Below, piece by piece: positions 62,313 through 64,000 of a stretch of DNA of 64,000 nucleotides. How positions within the stretch are numbered: position 1 is the stretch's first letter; each line of letters begins with the position of its first letter. The notes beneath the pieces are model-generated. The model made no database searches. It was not told the DNA's origin and saw only the letters and a program-made list of their open reading frames with translations. Position numbers and translations under genes: made by a program. Source of the stretch: the human T2T-CHM13v2.0 reference genome, Homo sapiens; NCBI RefSeq assembly GCF_009914755.1, contig NC_060939.1; one strand, written 5' to 3'.

Positions 62313-63601
62313 ATGGTTCCTGTACTTAGTGGTGACTGAGTCATGTGGATGGAGGCAGGTTTCAGGCTCATCCTCCTTGGGCCTCAGTGTCCCTGCCTAA
62401 ACAGCAGGATTGATGGCCTGGCCTCTGGGGATAGAAAGGGCCCTGTATTCTGGGAGGAACGGAAGCTCTTTCATCCAGGGGATGGGGCAGGGGCGCACCA
62501 GACATTTCCAAGTTCAGGGTTTCATTCCAGCCCCTCCTCAGCCAGCTTGCAGGAGATACCTGTCCTCCCCTTCAGGGTAAGCAAGACTTAGAAGGGTTGA
62601 GTCACTCACCCCAAGTCGCACAGTCAACAGAGCCAGGTATTAAGCCCAGGCCTGACTATAGAGCCAGGTGTGCGGCCTGGAAGTGTTGGTTCTCCCTGGC
62701 CGTCTCCTCCCCAGCTCCTTCTGCTCTCCATGATCACATGCCCCCCTGCTGAGGCCCCATCGCCCTTGGAGTCAAACCCTGGTTCCTCACATTGGCAGTG
62801 GAAGTCCCCCTGCTGCCTGGCAGAGTTTATGCCAGGCCCACTTGAAACCATCCCCTACAGTGTCCCCTGAGCAGCGGTGCTCAAGGTGGACTCTGGAAGT
62901 GTGTGGGGTCCTAGAGCCCCAGATGGGCAGGGTCTGCCTTCCCGCTTCCCTCACCATCGGCTTCCACCTGGGCCAGTTTCTCATACTATGCCAGTCCCCT
63001 GCCTGACACCTTTGCTCAGACTGCTGCATCAACCTGGGGTGCCTTCCCTGGCCCGCCCTCTGCCTGTGTAAGCCCTGCAATCTTCAGGGCTCAGCCCCAG
63101 AGCTCCCTCCTCCAGGGAGCCTGTCTGAGCTCTGCAGTCCGTGCCTACTTCACACCCCCAGCACTTTGCACTAAAATGTCTTCTCCCGCGCCACTGCACT
63201 CCAGCCTGGGCAACAGAGCAAGACTCCGTCGCAATAATAACAATAATAATAAAATAAAATGTCTCCTTCCACTGGGGTAGGTAGCAATATTTGTGACTGT
63301 CAGCCTAGCCCCCAGACCTCATCCACTGTATCAAAGAGCCCAGCAAAGAGGCTCATGGAGGAGTTTCTCTTCTAACACACTGTGACCACGAAGATGCCAC
63401 TGGCCCTTTCTCACCCTCAGTTTCCTCACCCGTAGAAAGGAAACAGTAGTTCCAGCCCCTCTGCTTCCTGAGACAGGTCCAAGGGGGCTCTGGGCTGGGA
63501 TTACAAAGTATGTGTGTGCAGACGGGTGGGTTGCTGCTCTCAGGGAATGGGGTTGGCTAGGGTAGCTTTTTTGGGGAGTCAACTTTATTGAAGTAAATAT
63601 A

Positions 63602-63828
63602 CGGTTGACCCTTGAACAACACAGGGGTTGAGGGCATCAACCTCCTCCCTGCAGTCAAAAAATCATATATTAACTTTTGACTCCTCAAAAACTTAACTAC
63701 TAATAGCCTATTGTTGTCAGAAAGCCTTGTAGATAAAGTTGATTGACACTCATTTTGTTTGTTATATATATTATATACTGTATTCTTACAATAAAGTAAG
63801 CTAGTGAAAATAAAATAAGAAAATCATA
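63602..63828 (+). mobile_element. Tigger2-family DNA transposon (MER28/Tigger2a-like), followed by an Alu at 63830-64000
   Basis: TA-CGGTTGACCCTTGAACAACAC terminal repeat and AAAACTTAACTACTAATAGCCTA...TGTATTCTTACAATAAAGTAAGCTAG. Confidence 0.75.
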
Positions 63829-64000
63829 TGGCCGGGTGCAGTGGCTCACACCTGTAATCTCAGCACATTGGGAGGCTGGGGCAGGCGGATCACTTGAGGC
63901 CAGGAGTTCAAGACCAGCATGGCCAATATGGTGAAACCCTGTATCTACTAAAAATACAAAAATTGGTCTGCTGTGTTGGCGCACGCCTATGATCCCAGCT

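Larger units (their letters stand above)
50633..64000 (+). other. CSK: CSK intron 1 (continues beyond window)
   Basis: Follows the donor site; no SH3/SH2/kinase-coding sequence seen before the window end. Confidence 0.8.

Noticed and set aside
61704-62371. ORFs with repeated peptide units; CRISPR-like periodicity
   Set aside because: Translation of the 55-bp minisatellite; units have no unique spacers and the DNA is eukaryotic.

Overview
Human (or great-ape) genomic DNA, recognisable as the chromosome 15q24 CYP1A2-CSK interval. From left to right the window holds: (1) the distal half of the CYP1A1/CYP1A2 intergenic spacer (1-16.7 kb), mostly Alu, L1, MaLR LTR and MER2 repeats, plus the known CYP1A2 upstream enhancer; (2) the complete 7-exon CYP1A2 gene on the + strand (~16747-24505), whose spliced CDS is 1551 nt = 516 aa plus stop, with all introns GT-AG; (3) a ~25 kb Alu-dense intergenic stretch containing a cluster of AhR response elements and a strong CTCF motif; (4) the CpG-island promoter and non-coding first exon of CSK (~49990-50632) and ~13 kb of its intron 1, which hosts MIR4513 antisense. 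Almost all other ORFs in the track are repeat- or GC-content artefacts. I found no previously undescribed protein-coding system. The most interesting observations are regulatory or structural: a TGATG stop/start-coupled uORF pair in the CSK leader, a ~280-bp intronic duplication in which one copy has a perfect CRE palindrome, an L1-embedded CYP1A2 enhancer, inverted Alus and a non-canonical poly(A) signal in the CYP1A2 3' UTR, a collapsed inverted-Alu junction, and non-reference alleles at CYP1A2 -163 and in the miR-4513 seed. Gene, repeat-family and SNP names come from recall and were not checked against databases.
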